From Octopus vulgaris (Eukaryota): a stretch of 64,000 nt of DNA. The DNA is taken from assembly GCA_951406725.2 (NCBI GenBank), contig OX597822.1:117366001-117430000 (forward strand). Direction: 5' to 3'. Positions 11,666-24,507 of this stretch are shown one piece after another (the first letter of the stretch is position 1; the number at the start of each line of letters is the position of its first letter). The notes beneath the pieces are model-generated. The model ran no database searches. It saw only the letters and a list, made by a program, of their open reading frames with translations, and was not told where the DNA came from. The position numbers and the translations under genes were made by a program.

Positions 11666-12899
11666 ATTTCGACTGTCTTTATATTCTGAATTCAAATTCT
11701 GTTGTGGTCGACTTTGCCTTCCATCCTTTTGGAGTTGATAAATTAAGCACCAGTGAAATACTGGACTCCATGAAGTCTACTAGTCCCCTCCCTAAAAATT
11801 TCAGGCCTTGTGCCTTTAGAAGAAAGGCTACTACTACTACTAGTGCTGCTGCTGCTGTTGCTACCACCACCATTACCAGCACCAGCACCAACCGTCCAAG
11901 AATTTGGACCTGGAGATCTCCATTTCCAGCAACTTCAAGGGCCACCTCCCAGTGGTGTGGGGCGTCAACAAAGAGCCCTCGACTACAACAAGACGACCAA
12001 AGTTTTTTTTCTTTTCCAAGGTCTGGGGTCTCCCGTCCCTAAGCCCTAGACCATCACCTAATCACCCTTACCCATCTTGTTGCTTAACAACAACAACAAC
12101 AACAAGCACCAACACCACCCATCATCATCATTTCAATGTCCCCTTTCCATGCTTGCATGGGTCAGATGGAGTTGATTGAGGCATGTTTTCTACAGCGAGA
12201 TGCCCTTCCTGATGCCAAACTTCACCTGTTTGCAAACAAAGTAATATCTCCCCATGTCCGGACATGCGCTTACAGAATATGGGAAATGAATGACACTGCT
12301 TCCATAACAGTGACAATCATTTTACAACTTTCATGAGATATCAAGTGAGACACAAATATGTGTGCGCGCACACAGACACACACACACACACACAAGCACA
12401 CAAACACACATGTACACACACACAACACACATATCTTTTCTACTCTAGGCACAAGGCCCAAAATTTTTGGGGAGGGAGCCAGTTGATTAGATCAACCCAG
12501 TATGCAGCTGGTACTTAATTTATTGGTCCCGAAAGGATGAAAGGCAAAGGTGACCTCAGCGGAATTTGAACTCAGAACATAATGGCAGACGAAATACGCC
12601 TTTTGCCCGGCATGCTAACGTTTCTGCCAGCTCGCCACCTTAAATACACACTTATATCTATTTATACAATGGTCTTCTTTCAGCTTCTGTCTGCCAAAGC
12701 CATCCACAAAGCTTTGGTTGGCCCAAGTCTGTAGCAGACCACTCTTGCTCAAGATGCTATGTAGTGGGACTGAACCCAGAATCATATGTTTGGGAAATAA
12801 ACCTTTTAATCATTTTGTGGGGTTCTCTGAGACTTCATTCAGGGGCAATTTCAAATTTGTAGTTAGGTGGAATTTTACCCATATCTGTGTTTTTTTTTT

Positions 12900-13436
12900 C
12901 ACTTCAGCTCTGATGTCAAAAACAGTCTGGAAGCTATTCAGCGACGTGCAACCAAAAGAATACCCTCCATCAGGCATTTGCCATATCCTGAACGCCTTAC
13001 TTCCCTGGGCATGGACACATTGAAACTCCGACGTCTGGCAGCTGACCTGGCAGACACCCATAAAATTATCAACCATCGCACAAACAATAACTCTGAGCAC
13101 CTCTTCAAACTCCACCCATCTAACACCCGTGGACATATTTACAAAGTCAGAAAACAGCACAGCTCCCATGACTTTTGGAAACATTTTTTCACGCTGAGAG
13201 TTGCTGAAGCGTGGAACAAACTGCCGACATCAGTTGTTAGTTGTTGGAGCACTGCATCCTTCAAAACTTCCATGCTTCCTGAGATTCGCCAACACTACAC
13301 CTGATTTTCTCCCCTCCATACACACACAAGCATGTTCACTTTCCAGACATTTCTACATTACTGTATGTACTTTATATGCACTTTCTGACAAGTTGTGGTG
13401 CACCTGAGCACTGTATACAATAATTTCATTATTATT
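12900..13436 (+). mobile_element. CR1/L2-clade LINE 3' fragment
   Basis: LEAIQRRATK...YPERLTSLG...LRR...TRGH...FFTLRVAEAWNKLP is the CR1 ORF2 C-terminus; followed by a 3' UTR ending cattattatt. Confidence 0.9.
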
Positions 13437-13465
13437 TAAAAAAACAGTAAAATAATAAATAGATG

Positions 13466-13541
13466 TAATAAATCTCTGAACGAGGTATAAACAGTAACTG
13501 CACAACAAGTGACTGTTTACATCTCGTTCAGAGATTTATTA
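13466..13541. other. 76-nt near-perfect hairpin in an oxygenase intron
   Basis: taataaatctctgaacgaggtataaacagtaact pairs with agtgactgtttacatctcgttcagagatttatta: ~34-bp stem, 3 non-Watson-Crick positions. Confidence 0.85.
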
Positions 13542-14075
13542 TTGCTTGCAGACAGTTTTTCAAGATCAGTGACAAAAAGTCACTGGAAAAAGGATATAAG
13601 TATTTGCATTGGGAACTCCTTTCATCGAAAACCGGTGATTGTCGTACGCTGAGGACAGGTCAATACCCAGAAACTGCAGTCCGTGCGTATCACTTAGGTT
13701 GACGAGGGAAGGATGACCTCCCTTTGCAAATACCATAAGGGCACAGAAAGTGTGCCTAAAGCCAGCTGGAGGAGATGTTCTCCTGGGGCCACAAGCTACA
13801 GTAACATCCACCCTTAGTGGTTAGCCATATTGAGATGGCTAGTATACCCCACAGTAAATAGATGAATTATTAAATAAATGAAGAATTACAAACAGTAGAC
13901 AAAAGCGGAATGGTAGAGTGATGAATCTAAAATGCTTTTTGCGCAGTGGTTAGTTTCTTCCCTCTGAGTTCCAAGTTCAAATCCAACAGAAGCAAATTAG
14001 GGTTGCCAGAATATGAACCAAGCATGGAGACACATTGATTTCATTCACTACACATCTAAAGATATGAATTATTTG

Positions 14076-14168
14076 ACTACTACTACTACTACTACTGCTG
14101 CTGCCACCACCACCACTACTACTACAACTACTACTACTACTACCATCACCACTACAACCACCACCACC

Positions 14169-14257
<89 letters not shown>

Positions 14258-14258
14258 C

Positions 14259-14323
<65 letters not shown>

Positions 14324-14380
14324 AACCACCACCACCACTACTACTACTACTACTAATACTACTACCACTACTACTACTAT

Positions 14381-14413
<33 letters not shown>

Positions 14414-14564
14414 CACCACCACCACCACTACTACTGCTGCTGCCACCACCACCACCACCACTACTACTACTACTGCTACTACTGCTGCTGCCGCCGCCAC
14501 CACCACTACTACTACAACTACTACTACTACTACCATCACCACTACAACCACCACCACCACTACC

Positions 14565-14599
<35 letters not shown>

Positions 14600-14603
14600 A
14601 ACC

Positions 14604-14644
<41 letters not shown>

Positions 14645-14660
14645 CACCACCACCACCACC

Positions 14661-14692
<32 letters not shown>

Positions 14693-14897
14693 AACCACCA
14701 CCACCACCGCTGCTGCTGCTGCTACTACTACTACTACAGCCACTTCTACTACTACCACCACCACCACCACCATTACTAGTACTACAACTAGCACTACTGC
14801 TGCTACTGCTACTGTTGCTACCACCACCACCACCACTACCACCACCACCACCACCACCACCACCACCATTACCATTACCACCACCACCACCACCACA
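14076..14897. repeat. Compound trinucleotide microsatellite (ACT/ACC/GCT)n, ~820 bp
   Basis: Read directly; source of the poly-T, poly-V and poly-G/S ORFs. Confidence 0.97.
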
Positions 14898-14950
14898 TCT
14901 ACAGCTGCTATTGCTCTCTGTGACTGGCAAACTGAGAAAGTGTGTTTTAC

Positions 14951-15209
14951 CTGGAAAAAATACTTTTGCACGGATCCGGCAGAGCAACTTTTCCAAACTG
15001 GCTGTAAACGAGGCGGTTGGCTCTCACAGAATCATTCCAAGTTTTGCTGCGTAATATACGGTTCTTATACAAAACCCGACCGTCTTTGATGTCATAGCGG
15101 CTAATGGCAGCTAAACCATCAAACAAGTGGGTCAACTTAGTTTCGCCAACTTGGAATACTCCGGCACCATTTCGGTAAAGACTTCCATTCAACCAAGATG
15201 GCACGGTAC
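14951..15209 (-). CDS. Carotenoid oxygenase (BCO/RPE65/NinaB family), most upstream identified coding exon
   Basis: ttttcag|GTACC ... TCCAG|gtaaaa. Encodes (G)TVPSWLNGSLYRNGAG...HLFDGLA...QFGKVALPDPCKSIFS(R), with the family GxxPxWLxGxLxRNG, HxFDG and PDPCK motifs. Phase 1 in, phase 2 out. Confidence 0.95.
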
Positions 15210-15282
15210 CTGAAAATAAGTGACATAAAACTTATATTTAATATTTGGTTTATGTTATTTCAATGAATAAATAAATAAGATA

Positions 15283-15493
15283 CTCTTTTACTTGTTTCAG
15301 TCATTTGACTGTGGCCATGCTGGAGCACCGCCTTTAGTCGAGCAAATCGACCCCAGGACTTATTCTTTGTAAGCCTAGTACTTATTCTATTGGGTTCCTT
15401 TGCTGAACCGCTAAGTTATGGGGATGTAAACACACCACCATCAGTTGTCAAGCGATGTTGGGGGGACAAACACAGACACGCAAACATATACAT

Positions 15494-15548
<55 letters not shown>

Positions 15549-15612
15549 CATATATACGACGGGCTTCTTTCAGTTTTCGTCTACCAAATCCACTCACAAG
15601 GCTTTGGTCAGC
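15283..15612 (-). mobile_element. tRNA-derived SINE (family A), 3' part
   Basis: Reverse complement of 23510-23790, with internal microsatellite and agtaaaagag tail. Confidence 0.8.
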
Positions 15613-15949
15613 CCAAGGGGCCGAGTTGTCAAACATTTAAACCAAATTTTCTCAAAATAACTTGTCCAACCGTCCCATAGGCCTCCCCTTTGAGAAACAC
15701 TGATTTAACCTAAATTTGAGACACCAGCAAAAGCAGAAATAAAGATAGACTTTTTTTCTATTCCAAAGAAAAACGATTTTATTTACTTTATCAATCGCAT
15801 TCTCACCTGGAATTGATTTTTGTAATTTTTTCAAGACTTATACATGCCCTGATACTGTTGGTATCTACATATCAAATATGAGCGCAATCGGATGGAGGAT
15901 GCCCGAGATCCTAGAAGACACACAGACAGAACGGATTTTATATAATATA

Positions 15950-16349
15950 CTAGCAGTATCGCCCGGTGTTGCTCGGGTTTGTAAGGGAAATAACTATATA
16001 AGCATTTTTAGAGAGTTATAGCCAAAAAATAGCAAAAAAATGCATTAAAAATGGAAAAAAAAATGATGGTAAATTTTTTTAAAAATCGTTGACTCATCGT
16101 AGACATTTTTAGAGAGTTACTTCCTTATATAATAACGAAAAATGCATTAAAATGGAAAAAAATGATGGTAAATTTTTTTTAAAATCGTAGACTCATTGTA
16201 GATGCGTGCTAATAACCAGAAGGGCTCAATATGAATCATGACTATAAGATACCCACTTTTGGTTAAACTGCACCGCAAAATGTGGGAGTAGTTAGGAATC
16301 TAAATCGTAGGAGACAGACACCACACAACTTTTCTTTTATATATAAAGA
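15950..16349 (-). mobile_element. Non-autonomous Helitron
   Basis: Minus strand A|TCTTTATATATAAAAG ... CCCGAGCAACACCGGGCGATACTGCTAG|T: TC and CTAG ends, subterminal hairpin, A|T insertion. Confidence 0.85.
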
Positions 16350-16999
16350 TTTACTGAAGTTAATGTAATTAAAGCTGTTAGTATGGTTTTGGTTTTTTAT
16401 TAAGATTGATTCTAAAAATATATTGTTTGTAAATACTGATGTCATGGAAGGATTGTTTCATTGGAGAAAACTTTGTATTGGTCAAAATAGGGAATTTTAA
16501 GGACTTATTTGTTTGTGAGTGTGGGCCTAGCGAATTGAACTAGAGGAGTTTCTGATATTGTAAGTAGTATTTCATGGTTGAGTGGCTTTAGCTAATGTGT
16601 TTCAAAATTTGTTTTTTGCAAGAATAAGGGCTTCTTTGGGCACTATAGTTTCCACATGTTTATAAGAATGATTTTTATTCCCATTAGTTTTTTTTTTCAC
16701 CCAACACTGGTTTCTACTCATTTTCTCAATTACATAAATAAAGAATTTCAAGACTGAAGAGTAATATATTTTAAAATGAAATGAAACTGTATTCATTAAA
16801 TTAGATATGTAATTTAAACTATTAATTAACGAAATGTACTTTGAATATTGATTGTTTATCTGTAGCACAGTACTTTAGACAATACAGTGGCCATGCCTAC
16901 ATTATAAAGTCAGAAGGGAAAATGGCACAATCAGGCTCAAACTTTGATCATGTACCAACTATAAACATGCAAGCACAGAGGGCAGTGTGACAATAATAA

Positions 17000-17074
<75 letters not shown>

Positions 17075-17077
<3 letters not shown>

Positions 17078-18338
17078 TCATCATCATCATCATTTAGCGT
17101 CCGTTCTCCATGCTAGCATGGGTTGGACGGTTCAACTGGGGTCTGTGAAGCTGGAAGGCTTCATCAGGCCCAGTCAGATCTGGCAGTGTTTCTACGGCTG
17201 GATGCCCTTCCTAATGCCAACCACTCCGTGAGTGTAGTGGGTGCTTTTACGTGCCACCCGCACAGGTGCCAGACAGAGCTGGCAAACGGCCACGAACGGA
17301 TGGTGCTTTTATGTGTCACCGGCACGGGGCTAGGCGAGGCTGGCAACGGACATGAACGGATGGTGCTTTTACGTGCCACCAACACGGGGGCCAGACAGAG
17401 CTGGCAAACGGCCACGAAACGGATGGTGCTTTTACGTGTCACCGGCACGGGGGCCAGGGAGGCTGGCAATGGACACAAACGGATGGTGCTTTTACATGCC
17501 ACCGACACGTGGCCAGACAGGGCTGGCAAACGGCCACGAACGGATGGTGCTTTTACGTGTCACCGGCACGGGGGCCAGGCGAGGCTGGCAATGGACACGA
17601 ACAGATGGTGCTTTTACATGTCACCGACATGGGGGCCAGACAGGGCTGGCAAACGGCCATGAACGGATGGTGCTTTTATGTGTCACCGGCACGGGGGCCA
17701 GACAGAGCTGGCAAACGGCCACGAACGGATGGTGCTTTTACGTGTCACCGGCACGGGGGCCAGACAAAGCTGGCAAACGGCCACTAACGGATGGTGCTTT
17801 TACGTGTCACCTGCACGGGGGCCCTGATGTTGATCGACCTCAATTTGGTTTAATTTTGATTTTGACTGTTCTCACTGGTCTTGCCGGGTTTTCTCACGCA
17901 CAGCATACTTCCAAAGGTCTCGGTCACTGGTCATTTCCTTGGTGAGACCTAAAGTTCGAAGGTCGTGCTTCACCGCCTCGACCCAGGTTTTCCTGGGTCT
18001 ACCTCTTCCACAGGTCTCCTCAACTGCCAGGGTGTGGCACTTTCGCACACAACTATCTTCAGCCATTCTCATCACATGACCATACCAGCGCATACGTCTC
18101 TCTTGCACACAACAACTGATGCTTCTTAGGTTCAACTTTTCTCTCAAGGTACTTACACTCTGTCGATTATGAACACTGACGTTACACATCCATCGGAGCA
18201 TACTAGCTTCATTTCTTGCGAGCTTACGCAAATCCTCAGCAGTCACAGCCCAAGTTTCACTACCATGTAGCATGGCTGTACGTACACATGCATCATACAG
18301 TCTGCCTTTTACTTTGAGCGAGAGGCCTTTTGTAGAGG

Positions 18339-18340
<2 letters not shown>
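17075..18340 (-). mobile_element. RTE-clade LINE 3' fragment (RT C-terminus plus 3' UTR with ~10 tandem units)
   Basis: [10 protein letters not shown]...EASMLRWMC...RMRWYGHVMR...RGRPRKTW; (GAT)n tail. Confidence 0.92.
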
Positions 18341-18411
<71 letters not shown>

Positions 18412-18482
18412 ATATATGTATATATATATATATATATGTATGTATATATATGTATATATATATATATATATGTATATATATG

Positions 18483-18513
<31 letters not shown>

Positions 18514-18628
18514 ATATATATATATATATATGTATGTATATATATATATATCTATATATATGTATATATATATATATATATGTATGTATATATATATATA
18601 TCTATATGTATGTATATATATATATATA
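18341..18628. repeat. (TA/TG)n microsatellite
   Basis: Read directly. Confidence 0.95.
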
Positions 18629-19653
18629 CCTGTGTCGGTGGCACTAGCACCTGTGTCGGTGGCACATAAAAACACCATCCGAAGACCCGGCAAGACTAGT
18701 CAGGCCATAAACCATGGCCCCTACCTGGGACGTAGTCAGTCCACCTGTGCATACCTTCCTCCTTGTGATACTTGTGAAGGCCTGTTGAGGCAAGTGAAAA
18801 TCAAAATCAAATCAAAACAAATCAAAATAGATGAACATCAATGGAATTTGTATCTTCGTGGTACCAGTGCCGGTGGCACACAAGAGAAAACCATCCGAAA
18901 GTGGCCGTAGCCAGTACCGCATCGACTGGCCTCCGTGCTGTGGGCACATGACAAACACCATCCGATCGTGGCCGTTCGCTAGCCTCATCTAGCACCTGTG
19001 TCGGTGGCACATAAAAACACCATCCGAAGACCCGGCAAGACTAGTCAGGCCATAACCCATGGCCCCTACCTGGGACGTAGTCAGTCCACCTGTGCATACC
19101 TTCCTTCTTGTGACACTTGTGAAGACCTGTTGAGGCAAGTGAAAATCAAAACAAATCAAAATAGATGAACATCAATGGAATTTGTATCTTTGTGGTACCA
19201 GTGCCGGTGGCACGTGGCACACAAGAAAACCATCCGAACGTGGCCGTAGCCAGTACCGCATCGACTGGCCTCCGTGCTGTGGGCACGTAACAAGCACCAT
19301 CCGATCGTGGCCGTTTGCCAGCCTCATCTGGCTCCTGTGTCGGTGGCACATAAAAACACCATCCGAGCGTGGCCGTCTGCCAGCCTCGTCTGGCACCTGT
19401 GTCGGTGGCACATAAAAAACACCATCCGAGCGTGGCCGTTTGCCAGCCTCGTCTGGCACCTGTGTCGGTGGCACATAAAATCACCCACTACACTCTCGGA
19501 GTGGTTGGCGTTAGGAAGGGCATCCAGCTGTAGAAACACTGCCAGATCTGACTGGACTGGTGCAGCTTTCGGGCTCCCCAGACCCCAGTTGAACCGTCCA
19601 ACCCATGCTAGCATGGAAAGCGGATGTTAAATGATGATGATGATGATGATGAT
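18629..19653 (+). mobile_element. RTE-LINE 3' UTR with an internal ~345-bp duplication
   Basis: gaagacccggcaagactagtcaggcc... occurs at ~18681 and ~19026; ends in the (GAT)n tail. Confidence 0.8.
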
Positions 19654-19657
19654 GTAT

Positions 19658-19721
<64 letters not shown>

Positions 19722-20059
19722 ATATATATATATATGTATGTATATATATATACGCACATGCGTATATGTCATCACCAAATGATTCCCTTTCCATGCTTAC
19801 ATTCATCACACAGAATTTGTGAAGGCAAATTTTCTTTGACCAGATACCATACCATTCACCCCACTCAGTTGTTTCTAAGTAAAATAATTTTTACCCCTAG
19901 CTACACACACACACACATATCACATTGACCGACCAGTCTGTCGGGCATCCATTTGACACCGCTGGTCACAGCATGCTGTCCACTCCTCTCGGGATCGTGC
20001 CTTTCTCATCCACGTGATCCCAATCGACCTCCTGATATATATATATATAATCATAAATG

Positions 20060-21780
20060 ACAGGTCACGGAGAGGGTCATAGCCCATCTCATTAGGGAGA
20101 GAGTCTGCTTAGATGAGATGCAGTTTGGTTTTGTGCCTGGCAGAAGCACCACTGATGCCATATTCATGATTCAACAACTGCAAGAGAAATACCTAGCTAA
20201 AGATAAACCCTTTGACAGGGTCCTCCAATCCCTTATCTGATGGGTGGTGTGGAAACTGGAGATTGATGAATGGTTAATAAGGGCTGTACAGGCCCTATAC
20301 AGAGAGGTCGTTAGTAAGGTTAGGATTGGCAATGAGTATAGTGAAGGATTTCAGGTAGAAGTAGGAGTCCACCAAGGATCAGCACGCAGCCCTCTCTTAT
20401 TCATCATAGTCCTCTATGCAATAACAGAGGAATTCAAGACAGGTTGCCCCTGGGAGCACCTCTGTGCTGATGACCTGGCCTTCGTAGCAGAATCACTACC
20501 AGAACTAGAGAAGAAATTACAGGTGTGGATGCAAGGTTTAGAATCGAAGGGCCTTAGAGTCAATGTAGCAAAAACCAAAGTCCTAGTAAGTAGGAAGGCA
20601 AACACATCACACACCTTTTCAGGTTGATGGCCCTGCTCAATCTGTAGAAAAGGCGTAGGTAAAAAGTCCATAAGATGTATCCAGTGTAAACTATGGACAC
20701 ATAAGAGGTGCAGCAACATCAAAGGAAGATTAACCGAGAAGACAGCTTTCATGTGTGGCAGATGCTCAGGGGCAATAAGCACCACAGATGCTCAGAAAAC
20801 AAATTCCATCACACACCAGAAGTAGTTGATAGCTTCTGTTACCTAGGTGACCAAGTTAGTAGTGGGGGTGGATGCTCAGAGGGTGTTACTACTAGAATAA
20901 GAATAGCCTGGGCAAAGTTTAGAAAGCTTCTACCCCTACTGGTGACAAAGGGCCTCTCACTTAGAGTGAAAGGTAGATTGTACGATGCATGTGTGCAAAG
21001 TGCCATGCTTCACAGCAGTGAAATATGGGCCGTGACCGTGGAGGATATGCATAGGCTTGAAAAAAATGAAGCTAGAATGATCCACTGGATGTGTACTGTC
21101 AGTGTGCACACACGACAGAGTGTAAGCACCCTGAGAGAAATGCTGGACATAAGAAGCATCGAATATGGCATGCAAGAGAGACGTTTGCACTGGTATGGTC
21201 ATGTACTATGGATGGATGAGGAGAGATGTGTGAAGAAGTGCCACTCCCAAACAGTTGAAGGAATCCAGGGTAGAGGTAGACCCAGGAAGATATGGGATGA
21301 GGTGGTCAAGCATGACCATCAAATGCTGGGCCTCATAGAGGCAATGACTAAAGACTAAGACCTCTGGAGATATGCTGTGACTGCGAAGACTCAACAAATA
21401 ACACGAGTTCATGGCTGTTTCCTGCACCAGTTTCACATAACCAGCCCCAGCCCATTCAAAAGTACCTTGGATCATTGGGTGACCTGCTGTGCTTGAGGAG
21501 ACCTATTGAATCAAGTACATCAACATCAAAATAAAAATCAAATGGAAATTGTAGATTGTGATACTTGTGCCGGTGACACGTAAAAAGCACCATCCGTATG
21601 TGGCTGATGCCAGCCCCACCCTGACTGGCTTCTGTGCCAGTGACATGTAAAAAGTATCAACTGATCGTGGCCATTGCCAGCCTCCTCTGGCCCCTGTGCC
21701 GGTGGCACGTAAAAAGCACCCACTACACTCATGAAGTGGTTGGCATTAGGAAGGGCATCCAGCCGTAGAAACACTGCCAA
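20060..21780 (+). mobile_element. Degraded RTE-clade LINE (RT domain to 3' UTR)
   Basis: QFGFVPGRSTTDAIF, VGVHQGS.SPLLF, LCADDL, GLRVNVAKTK, FCYLG, LHWYGHV, RGRPRK; stops and frameshifts. Confidence 0.93.
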
Positions 21781-22648
21781 AAGTGGACCTTAAAATGATG
21801 GTGATGAGGAGGAGGAGAAGGAGGATGGTGATGATGAGGATATGCACTAAATACCATCTTAATGCTGGAAAAATTAGTTCTTTTACTAAATTCCTCCAAA
21901 CTCTAGGTTGTTTTCCAAATTAACTGAAATATAAGCTGTCAGTTTCATTTGGAATATGATCATGAAAGGTTTAATGAGTTATGCCACCATAAATAATTAA
22001 TTTAAACATTTTTCTTAGTTGGAGAAAGAAAATTCATAAAAATATGACAAAAAAAAAACCTAGGTGGCAATTGTTATAGACTGTTAAGGGAAATTAGACT
22101 GTTATGAACATGTTCCAGTCTATTAACCAGAAACAGTTGCTGCTTGACTATAAATAAAGATCAGATATTTCCCTAAGCATGTAAATTTACTTTGAGAGAT
22201 TAAGTTCATGAAATTGTTGCCCCTCTTCTTTGAGAGTCACTAACAATGTCTGTTCATGATCTTGTTGTCTGTCTTTAGCTAAAAGGGAAATTTTAATAAA
22301 TTTTAATAAAGGCATCATTTCTCATCTTCTACAAGAGTTGACAGAGTTTTGGAATAGCTGTTACTATTTTGTAGGGTAAGAAAAAAAGCATAGAATTAAC
22401 AAAAATACTGGGTGGGCAAATGCCATAACATTTTACTGCATATTGAAATCTTTGGGCACAATCTGATAGCTTCAGCTGTTGAACCAAGTGTATTTTCATA
22501 TTTTGTGACTTTTCACCCATCCTGTACATAAAAAGTCTGGGGGGAAAAAATCTCTTTCAGAATTGTAATTCTAGCCAAGAAATCTCATCTAGGTGTATGT
22601 ATAGCTTTGAGTACATGCCATTAATAAGGCCCAACTGGGCTAAAATAC

Positions 22649-22880
22649 CTATTTCTTTATTACCCACAAGGGGCTAAACACAGAGGGGACAAACAAGGAC
22701 AGACATAGGTATTAAGTCGATTACATCGACCCCAGTGCGTAACTCGTACTTAATTTATCGACCCCGAAAGGATGAAAGGCAAAGTCGACCTCGGCGGAAT
22801 TCGAACTCACAACGTAACGCAGACGAAATACCACTAAGCATTTCGCCCGGCGTGCTAACGTTTCTGCCAGCTCACCGCCT
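22649..22880 (-). mobile_element. tRNA-derived SINE (family B), full monomer with TSD
   Basis: Flanks ctgggctaaaatacc / ctggctaaaatacc; box A/B-like head on the minus strand. Confidence 0.88.
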
Positions 22881-23389
22881 TATCTGGCTAAAATACCCCT
22901 GGCATTCACTTTACTTGCTGCTAGGATGGTTTTTATCTCCTTCCAAAATATACTATACTTTTAAATAGAGCATATCCATAAGAGATGTTATATTTGGATG
23001 AATACTGCAGTAACTTGTCTGTCAACAACGCATATACATTAGAGATGAAACTTAGATGGCTATTGTAATTTAATACTATTTCAATGACAAAAATCAGATT
23101 TTTATTCAGCTCAGCAGCTTTTGCAATATCATTGAATGTTATATTCACTATTTCCTATATCTGAGGTGACAAATCTTGCTTTAAGTATATGTCACTGATG
23201 GGGCCAATAGGGGGCCGAAATGCATCTGGCATTCTCGTCAGCTGCTGCTGCTGGGATGATTTCCATCTCCCTGTTATAGTGTTTGAAAACACTATAACAT
23301 CTCCAGTAGATGTTATCCCTGGACGAAACCTGCAGTAACTTGCCTGTCAATGATGTATATACATTAAGTGTGGTACATAGATGGCTATA

Positions 23390-23805
23390 GGCGCAGGAGT
23401 GGCTGTGTGGTAAGTAGCTTGCTAACCAGCCACATGGTTCCGGGTTCAGTCCCACTGCGTGGCACCTTGTGTAAGTGTCTTCTGCTATAGCCTCGGGCCA
23501 ACCAATGCCTTGTGAGTGGATTTGGTAGACGGAAACTGAAAGAAGCCTGTCGTATATATGTATATATATATGTGTGTGTGTGTGTGTGTTTGTGTGTCTG
23601 TGTGTGTCCCTCTAGCATTGCTTGACAACCGATGCTGGTGTGTTTATGTTCCTGTCATCTAGCGGTTCGGCAAAAGAGACCGATAGAATAAGTACTGGGC
23701 TTACAAAGAATAAGTCCTGGGGTCGATTTGCTCGACTAAAGGCGGTGCTCCAGCATGGCCGCAGTCAAATGACTGAAACAAGTAAAAGAGTAAAAGAGTA
23801 AGAGT
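23390..23805 (+). mobile_element. tRNA-derived SINE (family A), full length
   Basis: Head ggcgcaggagtggctgtgtggtaag...gggttcagtccc (box A/B), internal (TA)(TG)n, tail (agtaaaag)n. Confidence 0.88.
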
Positions 23806-24188
23806 ATACAAATTCTAAATAGTGAAGGGAAAAAAATGATTCTTGTATTTAATTTTTAAACCTGGTACTTATTCTATTGATGACTTTTGCCAAACTGTTA
23901 AGTTATTGGGAACGCAAGCAAACCAACACCAATGTAACGCACACATGATGGACAACTTTCAGTTTCCGTCAACCATATCCACTCAAAAAGTTTTAGCTGA
24001 CCAAGTACTATAGTAGAAGATTCTTGTCTCTGCCGCGCAGAGGGACTGAACCCAAGATCATAGTTTGGAAGCAAACTTCTTAACTATGTAGCCACGTCTA
24101 AATAATGGCTAAATAATTTCGGATAGAGTGAAGAAAACGAAGCAGGGTAAAAAAGGAAAAAAAATCCTCGAGCTCAAATCTTTTCTCT

Positions 24189-24507
24189 CAGTGGTTCTCA
24201 GTCTGGGTCCATATAAAAGTTTGGGGGTTCTACGTAACAAAATAGTAAACTGGGGATCCTTTAAGGGCTCCTGGGAAATTTTCGCTTTAGATGTATGCAT
24301 TGGTATGTTTTGCAAGAAACGGCGAGGTTTCTTTCTCTTACTTTTTCCATAATTCAACCTCGACAAGTTAATGGGTGAAAAACAAAATAGGAATTTCGAA
24401 AGAAGTTTCTATAAAACCAGTTTTTAAACAAGGAATGGCTATGGCGGTCCACCAGAACGAAACAGTAAACAGTAAAAGATTCCATAGATAATGGTTGAAA
24501 GCCATTG
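24189..24507. mobile_element. hAT-like MITE
   Basis: CAGTGGTTCTCA ... TTGAAAGCCATTG termini; degenerate 8-bp TSD ttttctct / cttcctct. Confidence 0.7.

Noticed and set aside
13977-15089. Long poly-Thr, poly-Val and Gly-Ser ORFs (mucin-like appearance)
   Set aside because: Artefacts of a stop-free trinucleotide microsatellite inside an oxygenase intron.
16602-16721. Peptide HVETIVPKEALIL as the missing oxygenase N-terminal exon
   Set aside because: Superficially like the family's E..P..A.V.G segment, but no GT/GC donor follows and the frame stops.
17240-17822. CRISPR-like regularly spaced repeats
   Set aside because: Whole units are similar with no unique spacers, they sit in a LINE 3' UTR of a eukaryote, and there are no cas genes.
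21690-21730. Pistol ribozyme resemblance of GTGCCGGTGGCACGTAAAAAG
   Set aside because: Only a P1-like hairpin and A-rich linker are present; P2, P3 and the cleavage-site arrangement could not be found.
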